DNA of 64,000 nucleotides from Escherichia coli (GTDB lineage Bacteria; Pseudomonadota; Gammaproteobacteria; Enterobacterales; Enterobacteriaceae): NCBI RefSeq assembly GCF_022846255.1, contig NZ_AP025682.1; one strand, 5' to 3'. Shown piece by piece: positions 39,665 to 49,915 of this stretch (position 1 is its first letter; each line of letters starts with the position of its first letter). The notes under the pieces were generated by a model. It saw only the letters and a program-made list of their open reading frames with translations, ran no database searches and was not told where the DNA came from. The position numbers and the translations under genes were made by a program.

Positions 39665-41502
39665 ACATGCTTGCCTTAACCATTATTTTGCCATTGATTG
39701 GCTTCGTCCTGCTGGCGTTCTCCCGTGGGCGCTGGTCTGAAAACGTCTCGGCGATCGTCGGCGTTGGCTCTGTGGGCCTGGCGGCGCTGGTAACTGCCTT
39801 TATCGGCGTTGACTTCTTCGCTAACGGTGAGCAGGCATACAGCCAGCCGCTGTGGACGTGGATGTCGGTAGGCGACTTTAACATCGGTTTTAACCTGGTG
39901 CTGGACGGCCTGTCGCTGACCATGCTCTCGGTGGTCACTGGTGTGGGTTTCCTTATTCACATGTACGCCTCCTGGTATATGCGCGGTGAAGAGGGCTACT
40001 CTCGCTTCTTCGCTTACACCAACCTGTTCATCGCCAGCATGGTAGTTCTGGTGCTTGCCGACAACCTGCTGCTGATGTACCTCGGCTGGGAAGGCGTGGG
40101 CCTGTGCTCCTATCTGCTGATCGGTTTCTATTACACCGATCCGAAGAATGGCGCAGCGGCAATGAAAGCGTTCGTCGTGACCCGTGTGGGTGACGTGTTC
40201 CTCGCTTTCGCGCTGTTCATTCTTTACAACGAACTGGGCACCCTGAACTTCCGCGAAATGGTGGAACTGGCACCAGCGCACTTTGCTGACGGCAATAACA
40301 TGCTGATGTGGGCGACGCTGATGCTGCTGGGCGGTGCGGTCGGTAAATCTGCGCAGTTGCCGTTGCAGACATGGCTTGCCGACGCGATGGCGGGCCCGAC
40401 GCCTGTCTCCGCGCTGATCCACGCTGCAACAATGGTAACCGCGGGTGTCTACCTGATCGCCCGTACCCACGGCCTGTTCCTGATGACGCCGGAAGTTCTG
40501 CATCTGGTGGGCATTGTTGGGGCGGTTACGCTGCTGCTGGCCGGTTTTGCGGCGCTGGTACAGACCGACATCAAACGTGTTCTCGCTTACTCTACCATGA
40601 GCCAGATTGGCTACATGTTCCTCGCGCTTGGCGTGCAGGCATGGGATGCGGCGATTTTCCACTTGATGACCCACGCGTTCTTTAAAGCGCTGCTGTTCCT
40701 GGCATCCGGTTCCGTCATTCTGGCCTGCCATCACGAACAGAACATCTTTAAGATGGGTGGTCTGCGTAAATCTATTCCGCTGGTTTATCTCTGCTTCCTG
40801 GTGGGCGGCGCAGCACTGTCGGCACTGCCGCTGGTCACTGCGGGCTTCTTCAGTAAGGATGAGATCCTCGCGGGTGCGATGGCGAATGGACATATCAATC
40901 TGATGGTGGCAGGTCTGGTCGGTGCGTTTATGACCTCGCTTTACACCTTCCGTATGATTTTCATCGTCTTCCACGGAAAAGAACAAATTCACGCTCACGC
41001 CGTGAAAGGGGTAACTCACAGCCTGCCGCTGATTGTGCTGCTGATCCTTTCCACCTTCGTTGGCGCACTGATTGTACCGCCGCTGCAGGGCGTGCTTCCG
41101 CAAACGACGGAACTGGCGCACGGCAGCATGTTGACCCTGGAAATTACCTCTGGCGTGGTCGCGGTGGTCGGCATTCTGCTGGCTGCCTGGCTATGGCTGG
41201 GTAAACGTACTCTGGTGACCTCCATCGCCAACAGTGCGCCGGGCCGTCTGCTGGGTACCTGGTGGTACAACGCCTGGGGCTTTGACTGGCTGTACGACAA
41301 AGTGTTCGTCAAGCCGTTCCTGGGTATTGCCTGGTTGCTGAAACGCGATCCGCTGAACTCAATGATGAACATCCCGGCTGTCCTTTCCCGCTTTGCAGGT
41401 AAAGGTCTGCTGTTAAGCGAGAACGGTTATCTGCGCTGGTATGTGGCATCCATGAGCATCGGTGCGGTCGTGGTGCTGGCACTGTTGATGGTACTGCGTT
41501 GA
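39661..41502 (+). CDS. nuoL: NADH-quinone oxidoreductase subunit L
   Basis: 613-aa antiporter-like subunit. Confidence 0.97.
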
Positions 41503-41540
41503 GTTAAGGATTGTGGGATTGCCCCTGGGCATATAAGAAC

Positions 41541-41578
41541 GTAGGTCGGATAAGCCGTCTTCGCGGCGCATCCGACAC
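41541..41578. repeat. REP element
   Basis: GTAGGTCGGATAAGCCGTCTTCGCGGCGCATCCGACAC between nuoL and nuoM. Confidence 0.85.
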
Positions 41579-41665
41579 TACCCCCAGTCCGAAGAGAATT
41601 TTCTGTCGTGAGAATTCGTTGAAAATCCGGTCCTGACGGGACTTTTACAAGGAATAAAGATCGCC

Positions 41666-43195
41666 ATGTTACTACCCTGGCTAATATTAATTCCCTTTAT
41701 CGGCGGCTTCCTGTGCTGGCAGACCGAACGCTTTGGCGTCAAGGTGCCGCGCTGGATCGCGCTGGTAACCATGGGATTGACGCTGGCGCTGTCGCTGCAA
41801 CTGTGGTTGCAGGGCGGTTATTCACTGACGCAATCCGCCGGAATTCCGCAGTGGCAGTCTGAATTCGACATGCCGTGGATCCCGCGTTTTGGTATCTCTA
41901 TCCATCTCGCCATTGACGGTCTGTCGTTGCTGATGGTCGTGCTGACCGGTCTGCTCGGTGTGCTGGCGGTACTCTGTTCGTGGAAAGAGATCGAAAAATA
42001 CCAGGGCTTCTTCCACCTCAACCTGATGTGGATCCTGGGCGGCGTTATCGGCGTGTTCCTTGCCATCGACATGTTCCTGTTCTTCTTCTTCTGGGAAATG
42101 ATGCTGGTGCCGATGTACTTCCTGATCGCACTGTGGGGGCATAAAGCCTCTGACGGTAAAACGCGTATCACGGCGGCAACCAAGTTCTTCATTTACACCC
42201 AGGCGAGTGGTCTGGTGATGTTGATCGCCATCCTGGCGCTGGTTTTCGTTCACTACAATGCGACCGGCGTCTGGACCTTCAACTATGAAGAGCTGCTGAA
42301 TACGCCGATGTCTAACGGCGTGGAATATCTGTTGATGCTGGGCTTCTTCATCGCCTTCGCGGTGAAAATGCCGGTGGTTCCGCTGCATGGCTGGTTACCG
42401 GATGCGCACTCCCAGGCACCGACCGCCGGTTCCGTTGACCTCGCGGGGATCTTGCTGAAAACCGCCGCTTACGGTCTGTTGCGTTTCTCCTTGCCGCTGT
42501 TCCCGAACGCGTCGGCAGAGTTTGCGCCAATCGCTATGTGGCTGGGTGTTATCGGCATCTTCTATGGTGCGTGGATGGCCTTCGCCCAGACCGATATCAA
42601 ACGTCTGATCGCCTACACCTCGGTTTCCCACATGGGCTTCGTGCTGATTGCTATCTACACCGGCAGCCAGTTGGCCTACCAGGGCGCGGTAATCCAGATG
42701 ATTGCGCACGGCTTGTCGGCGGCGGGTCTGTTTATTCTTTGTGGTCAGCTTTATGAACGTATCCATACCCGCGACATGCGCATGATGGGCGGTCTGTGGA
42801 GCAAAATGAAATGGCTGCCAGCACTGTCGCTGTTCTTTGCGGTGGCAACGCTTGGGATGCCTGGCACCGGTAACTTCGTCGGCGAATTTATGATTCTGTT
42901 CGGCAGCTTCCAGGTGGTCCCGGTGATTACCGTTATCTCTACCTTTGGGCTGGTCTTTGCATCTGTTTATTCGCTGGCGATGCTGCATCGCGCTTACTTC
43001 GGCAAAGCGAAAAGCCAGATTGCCAGCCAGGAACTGCCAGGGATGTCGCTGCGTGAGCTGTTTATGATCCTGTTGCTGGTGGTGCTGCTGGTACTGCTGG
43101 GCTTCTATCCGCAGCCGATTCTGGATACCTCGCACTCCGCGATTGGCAATATCCAGCAGTGGTTTGTTAATTCCGTTACTACTACAAGGCCGTAA
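41666..43195 (+). CDS. nuoM: NADH-quinone oxidoreductase subunit M
   Basis: 509-aa antiporter-like subunit. Confidence 0.97.
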   Translation: MLLPWLILIPFIGGFLCWQTERFGVKVPRWIALVTMGLTLALSLQLWLQGGYSLTQSAGIPQWQSEFDMPWIPRFGISIHLAIDGLSLLMVVLTGLLGVLAVLCSWKEIEKYQGFFHLNLMWILGGVIGVFLAIDMFLFFFFWEMMLVPMYFLIALWGHKASDGKTRITAATKFFIYTQASGLVMLIAILALVFVHYNATGVWTFNYEELLNTPMSNGVEYLLMLGFFIAFAVKMPVVPLHGWLPDAHSQAPTAGSVDLAGILLKTAAYGLLRFSLPLFPNASAEFAPIAMWLGVIGIFYGAWMAFAQTDIKRLIAYTSVSHMGFVLIAIYTGSQLAYQGAVIQMIAHGLSAAGLFILCGQLYERIHTRDMRMMGGLWSKMKWLPALSLFFAVATLGMPGTGNFVGEFMILFGSFQVVPVITVISTFGLVFASVYSLAMLHRAYFGKAKSQIASQELPGMSLRELFMILLLVVLLVLLGFYPQPILDTSHSAIGNIQQWFVNSVTTTRP

Positions 43196-43201
43196 ATCGC
43201 C

Positions 43202-44659
43202 ATGACAATAACTCCACAAAACCTGATCGCACTGCTACCGTTGCTGATCGTCGGCTTGACGGTGGTGGTTGTGATGCTCTCCATTGCGTGGCGACGCAAT
43301 CATTTCCTCAACGCTACGCTCTCGGTTATTGGGCTTAACGCGGCGCTGGTTTCGCTCTGGTTTGTCGGCCAGGCGGGCGCTATGGACGTTACGCCGCTGA
43401 TGCGCGTTGATGGTTTCGCCATGCTTTACACCGGGCTGGTATTGTTGGCGAGCCTCGCCACCTGTACTTTCGCCTACCCGTGGCTTGAAGGCTATAACGA
43501 CAACAAGGATGAGTTCTACCTGTTGGTGTTAATTGCCGCGCTGGGCGGGATCCTGCTGGCGAATGCCAACCATCTGGCGTCTCTGTTCCTCGGTATCGAA
43601 CTGATCTCTTTGCCGCTGTTTGGCCTGGTCGGTTACGCTTTCCGCCAGAAACGTTCGCTGGAAGCCAGTATCAAATACACCATCCTTTCTGCCGCAGCGT
43701 CTTCTTTCCTGCTGTTCGGTATGGCGCTGGTGTATGCGCAGTCTGGCGACCTGTCGTTTGTCGCACTGGGTAAAAACCTCGGCGACGGTATGCTCAACGA
43801 GCCGCTGTTGCTGGCAGGTTTCGGCCTGATGATTGTTGGCCTCGGCTTCAAACTCTCTCTGGTGCCGTTCCACCTGTGGACGCCAGACGTATACCAGGGC
43901 GCGCCTGCGCCGGTTTCCACTTTCCTGGCGACGGCGAGCAAAATCGCTATCTTCGGCGTGGTGATGCGTTTGTTCCTTTACGCACCGGTGGGTGACAGTG
44001 AAGCGATTCGCGTAGTGCTGGCGATTATCGCCTTTGCCTCCATCATCTTCGGTAACCTGATGGCGCTGAGCCAGACCAATATCAAACGTCTGCTCGGTTA
44101 CTCATCTATCTCTCACCTCGGCTATCTGCTGGTGGCGCTGATTGCGCTGCAAACTGGCGAGATGTCGATGGAAGCGGTAGGGGTTTACCTGGCAGGTTAT
44201 CTGTTCAGCAGCCTCGGCGCGTTCGGCGTGGTCAGCCTGATGTCCAGCCCGTATCGTGGCCCGGATGCTGATTCCCTGTTCTCTTACCGCGGTCTGTTCT
44301 GGCATCGTCCGATCCTCGCGGCGGTGATGACGGTGATGATGCTGTCTCTGGCCGGTATCCCGATGACGCTGGGCTTTATCGGTAAGTTCTACGTGCTGGC
44401 GGTCGGTGTCCAGGCACACTTGTGGTGGCTGGTGGGTGCCGTGGTTGTCGGTTCGGCAATCGGCCTCTATTACTACCTGCGCGTGGCGGTGAGCCTGTAT
44501 CTTCACGCCCCGGAACAACCAGGTCGCGATGCACCATCAAACTGGCAGTACAGCGCGGGCGGTATCGTGGTGCTGATCTCTGCACTGTTGGTACTGGTGC
44601 TGGGTGTATGGCCACAACCGCTGATTAGCATTGTGCGGTTAGCAATGCCGCTGATGTAA
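43202..44659 (+). CDS. nuoN: NADH-quinone oxidoreductase subunit N
   Basis: 485 aa; last gene of operon, followed by hairpin + T8. Confidence 0.97.
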
Positions 44660-44681
44660 ACAGTCAGTTTGTAAGTCAGAA

Positions 44682-44710
44682 AGCCGCCGACATGTTCGGC
44701 GGTTTTTTTT
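44682..44710 (+). terminator. Rho-independent terminator after nuoN
   Basis: GCCGCCGA-CATG-TTCGGCGG followed by T8. Confidence 0.85.
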
Positions 44711-44725
44711 GGTGCCCTGACACCA

Positions 44726-45229
44726 TCACCCAACAATAACCGTCAGCGCATGATTCCCTTGTCGCAGCATACGTCGATACGCGCTAATCAGCTTTTCCAT
44801 ATCAAGCATGATCGAAGCAAAGAGTTGCCCCTCTAACTCTTCTGAAAAGGTTACTCCCGGATAAATCTCCATTTCATTGAGTCGCTTAATGGAAAACTGT
44901 TTACGCAGCTCACTTCGATCCAGTGATTCCAGTCGGTCGATTGTCGCGGCTAACTCCTGATTCCAGGTCAATCCCAGGAAGCCATCTATGCCATCTTCTA
45001 GGCTGTGTTCACCAAGCACGGCGCGACTCAGCGGGTCATTCTTCGCGGGATCAAAAGCAGAGGTGCCTGTCAGCCCAAAGTGTAAAAAATCCCAGCGTTT
45101 ATCAATATCCAGTCGGCGTAATCCTGAAAGCGTGTCATGTATATTATCCATCAAAGGTTTTTTAGTAGACTCAAGCAGTTGGTTAATCTTTTCTGAGTCA
45201 ATTTCTGCAAAATAGCCAATCATTCCCAT
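44726..45229 (-). CDS. yfbM: DUF1877-family protein YfbM
   Basis: 167-aa ORF recognised as YfbM; convergent with nuoN. Confidence 0.9.
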   Translation of the reverse strand: MGMIGYFAEIDSEKINQLLESTKKPLMDNIHDTLSGLRRLDIDKRWDFLHFGLTGTSAFDPAKNDPLSRAVLGEHSLEDGIDGFLGLTWNQELAATIDRLESLDRSELRKQFSIKRLNEMEIYPGVTFSEELEGQLFASIMLDMEKLISAYRRMLRQGNHALTVIVG

Positions 45230-45331
45230 TTATTTTTCCTCCGTTGAATTTCATGTTTCGCATCTTAAAACAGACGAAAGAAAATAAAATGCGCATGTTG
45301 CTTTTTCTGGATCCGCCTCGAGAAATTTTTA

Positions 45332-46286
45332 TTATTTACTGTTGTATAACAAGGTTGTAACTCCATCCACTACCTGAGCCATTTTCTGATAATTTAATCT
45401 GTCTGCGATATCACCGGGCAAGTGGTATTGTTTATTACGATAAAAAGCGGTGTCAGTAATCATTACGGCGGGAATATCGTGTTGCCAATAATTAAGGTGA
45501 TCAGAGAAATCAATACCGGGAATAAAACCTGGGGCATTCATAGAATAAACAGATAAATCCCGGGATAACAACAATGCCGCTTTTACCTGACGAACGGCGT
45601 TGATATCCTGCATTCTGCCGACCACGGCAATAAAGTCTCCCCGATCGGGATAAAGCCAGGACATTGCCGGGGATGGGTAATCCTGGCTACCAGGCGTAAT
45701 AACCAATCATCTCCAGCGCTATCATTAATTTCACTGGACGCTCAAGCGAAGCTGCATGTACCGCGTTCCCCATTTCATCGCTACGAAAGAAGGGCGGTTC
45801 TTCCGACGCATAGGCGACCAGTTGGACGCCAATCCCTGGAGTCTGCTGCTGTAACAAACGTGCCAGTTCGAGTAATCCTGCCACGCCGCTGGCGTTATCA
45901 TCCGCGCCCGGCGTATAGGTCAATTGATCGTTTTCATAACTACTGACAGAGTCATAGTGCGCACCAATAATAATCAGCGGTCCATCGGCAGGACCATAAT
46001 TAGCAACAATGTTTTTGTAGGGGCCACCCGTAATGGGGACATCCTGCGCGGTAACTCTGGCTCCGCTACTGATAAAGGCCTCTTTTATATACTCTGCGGA
46101 CTTATTCAGATTATCAATATTGTCGGCACTACGTGGATGCACAGTTTGTGTAAGATAACGAACTGTTTTTTCTAATTGCTCAGGACTTGCGTGTCGGGGC
46201 GTTGGCGGTAATGCATTCACCCAGGGTTGGTAAAAAATAATAAAAGTAAGCGATAGTAGTAATGGTATAAAACAAAGAGATGTCAT
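45332..46286 (-). pseudogene. yfbL: M28-family zinc peptidase YfbL, reading frame interrupted
   Basis: Two overlapping minus-strand ORFs (46286..45687, 199 aa, ends TAG; 45706..45332, 124 aa, TTG as first codon). M28 motifs are split: HYDSV, ADDNASG, SEEPPF in the first, SDH in the second. Confidence 0.7.
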
Positions 46287-46357
46287 TTTTTTATATGTAA
46301 ACTATCAATAAAAAGCGTTATTTCATCATTATTTGTAATGAGTTGTGAGTGTTTTTT

Positions 46358-46462
46358 TTAAGACAGCAGTAATTCCTCGGTCACAGTAAATTTTTCTGCA
46401 AATGTCTGATAGAGTTGGGTTTGAGATAATTGACAATAATTGCTGACAACTGTAACCATCAT
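46358..46462 (-). CDS. Hypothetical 34-aa ORF with canonical SD (possible 5' stub of a deleted gene)
   Basis: Minus strand AAGGAG-CCT-ATGATG...; translation [34 protein letters not shown]; below ORF-track size cutoff. Confidence 0.3.
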   Translation of the reverse strand: MMVTVVSNYCQLSQTQLYQTFAEKFTVTEELLLS

Positions 46463-46610
46463 AGGCTCCTTTTAGTTGCAAAGGTGGTGCTGAATCAAGA
46501 TAAAAAGAGGCAACTTATAGCTCTGAATATAGTGCATGAGGAGATGAATAAATATAAAAAATCGCTCAATATACCCGTGTGGGTGGATATATGTAGCGCG
46601 GGTTGCGATA

Positions 46611-46637
46611 ACAGGGCAAGTTTCGCCCTGTTTTTAA
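46611..46637 (+). terminator. Plus-strand terminator-like hairpin with no plus-strand gene to terminate
   Basis: ACAGGGC-AAGTTTC-GCCCTGT followed by TTTTT, just below the rbn stop; T-run is on plus strand, so it is not an obvious rbn terminator. Confidence 0.4.
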
Positions 46638-46649
46638 TAATAAGCAGAG

Positions 46650-47567
46650 TTAAACGTTAAACACCGCGAAATCATTCGCCAGTTCAGTCGCCGGGAAAAT
46701 TGACCGACATTCACGTAACAGGTGCTGACAACCTTTGTCATCATAGCGCGAGCTGACGTGGGTAATGATTAGCTTACCGACTCCAGCCTCACGGGCTAGT
46801 GCCGCCGCCTGGCGTGTAGAACTATGGCCGCGACTGTTGGCTTTGGCCTCCATCGCCATATCCAGAGTCGCTTCGTGAACCATTACGTCGACGCCTTTAG
46901 CCAGCTCCAGCGCGGCATCGCAGGGGCCCGTATCGCCGAAAATAGCGAGCGCTTTACCCGGCACGGGAGCGGCTAAGTAATCTGCGCCATTAATCTGCCT
47001 TCCATCATCCAGCATGATTGTTTTGCCCGCTTTTAATGCCTGAAACAGCGGGCCAGGCGGCACGCCAGCAGCTTTTAATGCCTGGGCATTTAATGCACCT
47101 GGTTTATCATGTTCTTCAATACGATAACCATAACATTCCAGTGGGTGTTCCATCGGATAAGCGGTCACTTTGCGCAGGCCATCATCGAAAATTTCGCCAG
47201 CGCCAATTTCGACAATTTCCAGCGGATAATCGGTCCATGAGCCGCTAATCCGCAGCGCGGTCTCCACAAATTCACGGATACCGTGCGGACCATAAATCGT
47301 TAAGGGTTGGATAATGCCTGACATAGAACGACTGCACAGTAAGCCGGGTAAACCAAAGAGATGATCGCCATGAAGGTGACTGATAAAAATCTTGTCCAGT
47401 TTTCCAGGGTTAAAGGCGGTATGCAGTAGCTGATGCTGGGTGCCTTCACCGCAGTCAAATAACCAAAGTCCGCTCTGGGTCGGATGTTGCAGGTTAAGCA
47501 ATATTGCCGTGACATTACGCGTACGGGTTGGCACACCGGCTGAAGTACCTAAAAAAATTAATTCCAT
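46650..47567 (-). CDS. rbn: Ribonuclease BN / RNase Z (metallo-beta-lactamase fold)
   Basis: 305 aa; HxHxDH motif (..[11 protein letters not shown]..). Confidence 0.95.
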   Translation of the reverse strand: MELIFLGTSAGVPTRTRNVTAILLNLQHPTQSGLWLFDCGEGTQHQLLHTAFNPGKLDKIFISHLHGDHLFGLPGLLCSRSMSGIIQPLTIYGPHGIREFVETALRISGSWTDYPLEIVEIGAGEIFDDGLRKVTAYPMEHPLECYGYRIEEHDKPGALNAQALKAAGVPPGPLFQALKAGKTIMLDDGRQINGADYLAAPVPGKALAIFGDTGPCDAALELAKGVDVMVHEATLDMAMEAKANSRGHSSTRQAAALAREAGVGKLIITHVSSRYDDKGCQHLLRECRSIFPATELANDFAVFNV

Positions 47568-47631
47568 GAGTTCATCACGCTGCTGAAAATATTCCGGCTA
47601 GTATAAAGCAAACAGCACAAAGGAGCCTTCC

Positions 47632-48093
47632 ATGATCGACTGGCAAGATCTGCATCATTCTGATTTATCCGTTTCTCAGCTTTATGCCTTATTACAACTG
47701 CGTTGTGCGGTATTTGTAGTGGAACAAAACTGTCCTTACCAGGATATCGATGGTGACGATCTGGAGGGAGAAAATCGCCACATTCTCGGTTGGCATAACG
47801 GGACACTGGTGGCGTATGCGAGGATTCTGAAAAGTGACGACGAACTGCAACCCGTTGTGATTGGTCGGGTGATTGTCAGCGAAACCTTACGCGGTGAAAA
47901 AATCGGTCAGCAATTGATGAGTAAGGCGCTGGAATCGTGTACTCGCCGCTGGCCGGAGAAGCCGATTTATCTGGGGGCGCAGGCGCATTTACAAAACTTT
48001 TATGGGCAATTTGGTTTCATCCCTGTGACCGATATTTATGAAGAAGATGGTATCCCACACATTGGGATGGCACGCGAGGTAATTCAGGCGTAA
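47632..48093 (+). CDS. elaA: GNAT-family N-acetyltransferase ElaA
   Basis: 153-aa ORF recognised as ElaA. Confidence 0.93.
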   Translation: MIDWQDLHHSDLSVSQLYALLQLRCAVFVVEQNCPYQDIDGDDLEGENRHILGWHNGTLVAYARILKSDDELQPVVIGRVIVSETLRGEKIGQQLMSKALESCTRRWPEKPIYLGAQAHLQNFYGQFGFIPVTDIYEEDGIPHIGMAREVIQA

Positions 48094-48147
48094 TCAATAA
48101 CCCTTGTCTATAGTTAGTGACAGGTTTTACACAAATGGAGAACGAGA

Positions 48148-48453
48148 ATGTCTAATCAGTTTGGTGATACACGTATTGATGATGACCTGACGCTGCTTAG
48201 TGAAACACTGGAAGAGGTGCTCCGCTCCTCTGGCGATCCCGCCGATCAGAAATATGTTGAGCTGAAAGCGCGTGCAGAAAAAGCGCTGGATGATGTGAAA
48301 AAACGGGTTAGCCAGGCTTCAGACAGTTATTACTATCGGGCGAAGCAGGCTGTTTATCGTGCTGATGACTACGTCCACGAAAAACCCTGGCAAGGAATTG
48401 GTGTGGGCGCGGCCGTTGGGCTGGTACTAGGACTGTTGCTGGCACGCCGTTAA
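48148..48453 (+). CDS. elaB: Tail-anchored membrane protein ElaB
   Basis: 101 aa; C-terminal TM ..GIGVGAAVGLVLGLLLARR. Confidence 0.93.
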   Translation: MSNQFGDTRIDDDLTLLSETLEEVLRSSGDPADQKYVELKARAEKALDDVKKRVSQASDSYYYRAKQAVYRADDYVHEKPWQGIGVGAAVGLVLGLLLARR

Positions 48454-48531
48454 AACCTCCCTACACCGGGGTACTGCATTTTTTTTGTCGTACCCCGTAT
48501 AATGTGAGGCTTTTAACAGGGAGAGGTCCGC

Positions 48532-49827
48532 GTGCAATCACTTACTACGGCGCTGGAAAATCTACTGCGCCATTTGTCGCAAGAGATTCCGGCGACACCC
48601 GGCATTCGGGTTATTGATATTCCTTTCCCTCTCAAAGACGCTTTTGATGCCTTGAGCTGGCTGGCCAGTCAGCAAACGTACCCGCAATTCTACTGGCAAC
48701 AACGTAATGGTGATGAAGAAGCTGCCGTCCTGGGCGCGATTACCCGTTTTACGTCGTTGGACCAGGCACAAACGTTTCTTCGTCAGCACCCGGAACACGC
48801 CGACTTACGCATCTGGGGGCTAAATGCGTTTGACCCGTCGCAGGGCAATTTACTTTTACCACGCCTCGAATGGCGACGCTGTGGCGGTAAAGCCACGCTG
48901 CGGCTGACGCTATTCAGCGAAAGCTCCCTTCAGCATGATGCGATTAAGGCAAAAGAATTTATCGCCACACTGGTGAGTATTAAACCCTTGCCTGGGTTAC
49001 ATTTAACCACCACCCGAGAACAACACTGGCCGGACAAAACGGGCTGGACGCAATTAATCGAACTGGCAACGAAAACCATCGCCGAAGGTGAGCTCGACAA
49101 AGTGGTGCTTGCTCGGGCAACTGACCTGCATTTCGCAAGTCCGGTCAATGCGGCGGCGATGATGGCTGCCAGTCGTCGACTGAATCTGAATTGCTACCAT
49201 TTTTACATGGCCTTTGATGGCGAAACTGCTTTTCTTGGCTCTACACCGGAACGGTTATGGCGGCGGCGTGACAAAGCGCTGCGTACTGAAGCGCTGGCGG
49301 GAACGGTAGCAAATCATCCTGATGATAAGCAGGCGCAGCAGTTAGGTGAGTGGCTGATGGCGGATGATAAAAACCAGCGCGAGAACATGTTGGTGGTGGA
49401 AGATATCTGCCAACGATTACAGGCCGATACCCAGACGCTGGATGTTTTACCGCCGCAGGTACTGCGTCTGCGTAAAGTGCAGCATCTTCGCCGCTGTATC
49501 TGGACTTCACTCAACAAAGCGGATGATGTGATCTGTTTACATCAGTTGCAGCCAACGGCAGCAGTTGCTGGCTTACCGCGCGATCTGGCGCGACAGTTTA
49601 TCGCCCGTCACGAACCGTTCACCCGAGAATGGTACGCCGGTTCTGCGGGCTATCTCTCTTTACAACAAAGCGAATTCTGCGTTTCCCTGCGCTCAGCAAA
49701 AATCAGTGGCAATGTCGTGCGGCTATATGCTGGCGCGGGCATTGTCCGTGGTTCTGACCCCGAGCAAGAGTGGCAGGAAATCGATAACAAAGCGGCAGGG
49801 CTGCGTACTTTATTACAAATGGAATAG
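48532..49827 (+). CDS. menF: Isochorismate synthase (menaquinone-specific)
   Basis: 431 aa, GTG start; first gene of men cluster. Confidence 0.96.
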   Translation: MQSLTTALENLLRHLSQEIPATPGIRVIDIPFPLKDAFDALSWLASQQTYPQFYWQQRNGDEEAAVLGAITRFTSLDQAQTFLRQHPEHADLRIWGLNAFDPSQGNLLLPRLEWRRCGGKATLRLTLFSESSLQHDAIKAKEFIATLVSIKPLPGLHLTTTREQHWPDKTGWTQLIELATKTIAEGELDKVVLARATDLHFASPVNAAAMMAASRRLNLNCYHFYMAFDGETAFLGSTPERLWRRRDKALRTEALAGTVANHPDDKQAQQLGEWLMADDKNQRENMLVVEDICQRLQADTQTLDVLPPQVLRLRKVQHLRRCIWTSLNKADDVICLHQLQPTAAVAGLPRDLARQFIARHEPFTREWYAGSAGYLSLQQSEFCVSLRSAKISGNVVRLYAGAGIVRGSDPEQEWQEIDNKAAGLRTLLQME

Positions 49828-49915
49828 TAATGAGTCGCATCATTACCGATTCATATCAATAATCTATTTCTGTAGCTCCTTATACTTAGCCGCAATATTG
49901 ATACCGGACAAACTC

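Noticed and set aside
45687-45706. Programmed ribosomal frameshift in yfbL
   Set aside because: No slippery heptamer, no downstream pseudoknot-like structure and no internal SD stimulator at the frame junction; a simple indel is more parsimonious.
46430-46660. 76-aa plus-strand ORF in the rbn-yfbL gap
   Set aside because: TTG start with no SD, runs through the terminator-like hairpin at 46611..46637 and into the rbn stop; translation has no recognisable features.
48466-48497. Inverted repeat CGGGGTAC...GTACCCCG between elaB and menF as an elaB terminator
   Set aside because: The T-run lies inside the loop rather than 3' of the stem, so it does not fit an intrinsic terminator; it may just overlap the menF promoter (TATAAT at 48497).
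49565-49915. N-terminal extensions in the ORF track for menD, and likewise accD (634), yfcC (17649), yfbU (22097), pmrD (55607), arnF (56565), arnB (63280)
   Set aside because: The extensions are upstream read-through in frame. The recognised protein N-termini begin at internal ATGs with better SD context and, for menD and arnF, the extension would overlap the upstream gene extensively.
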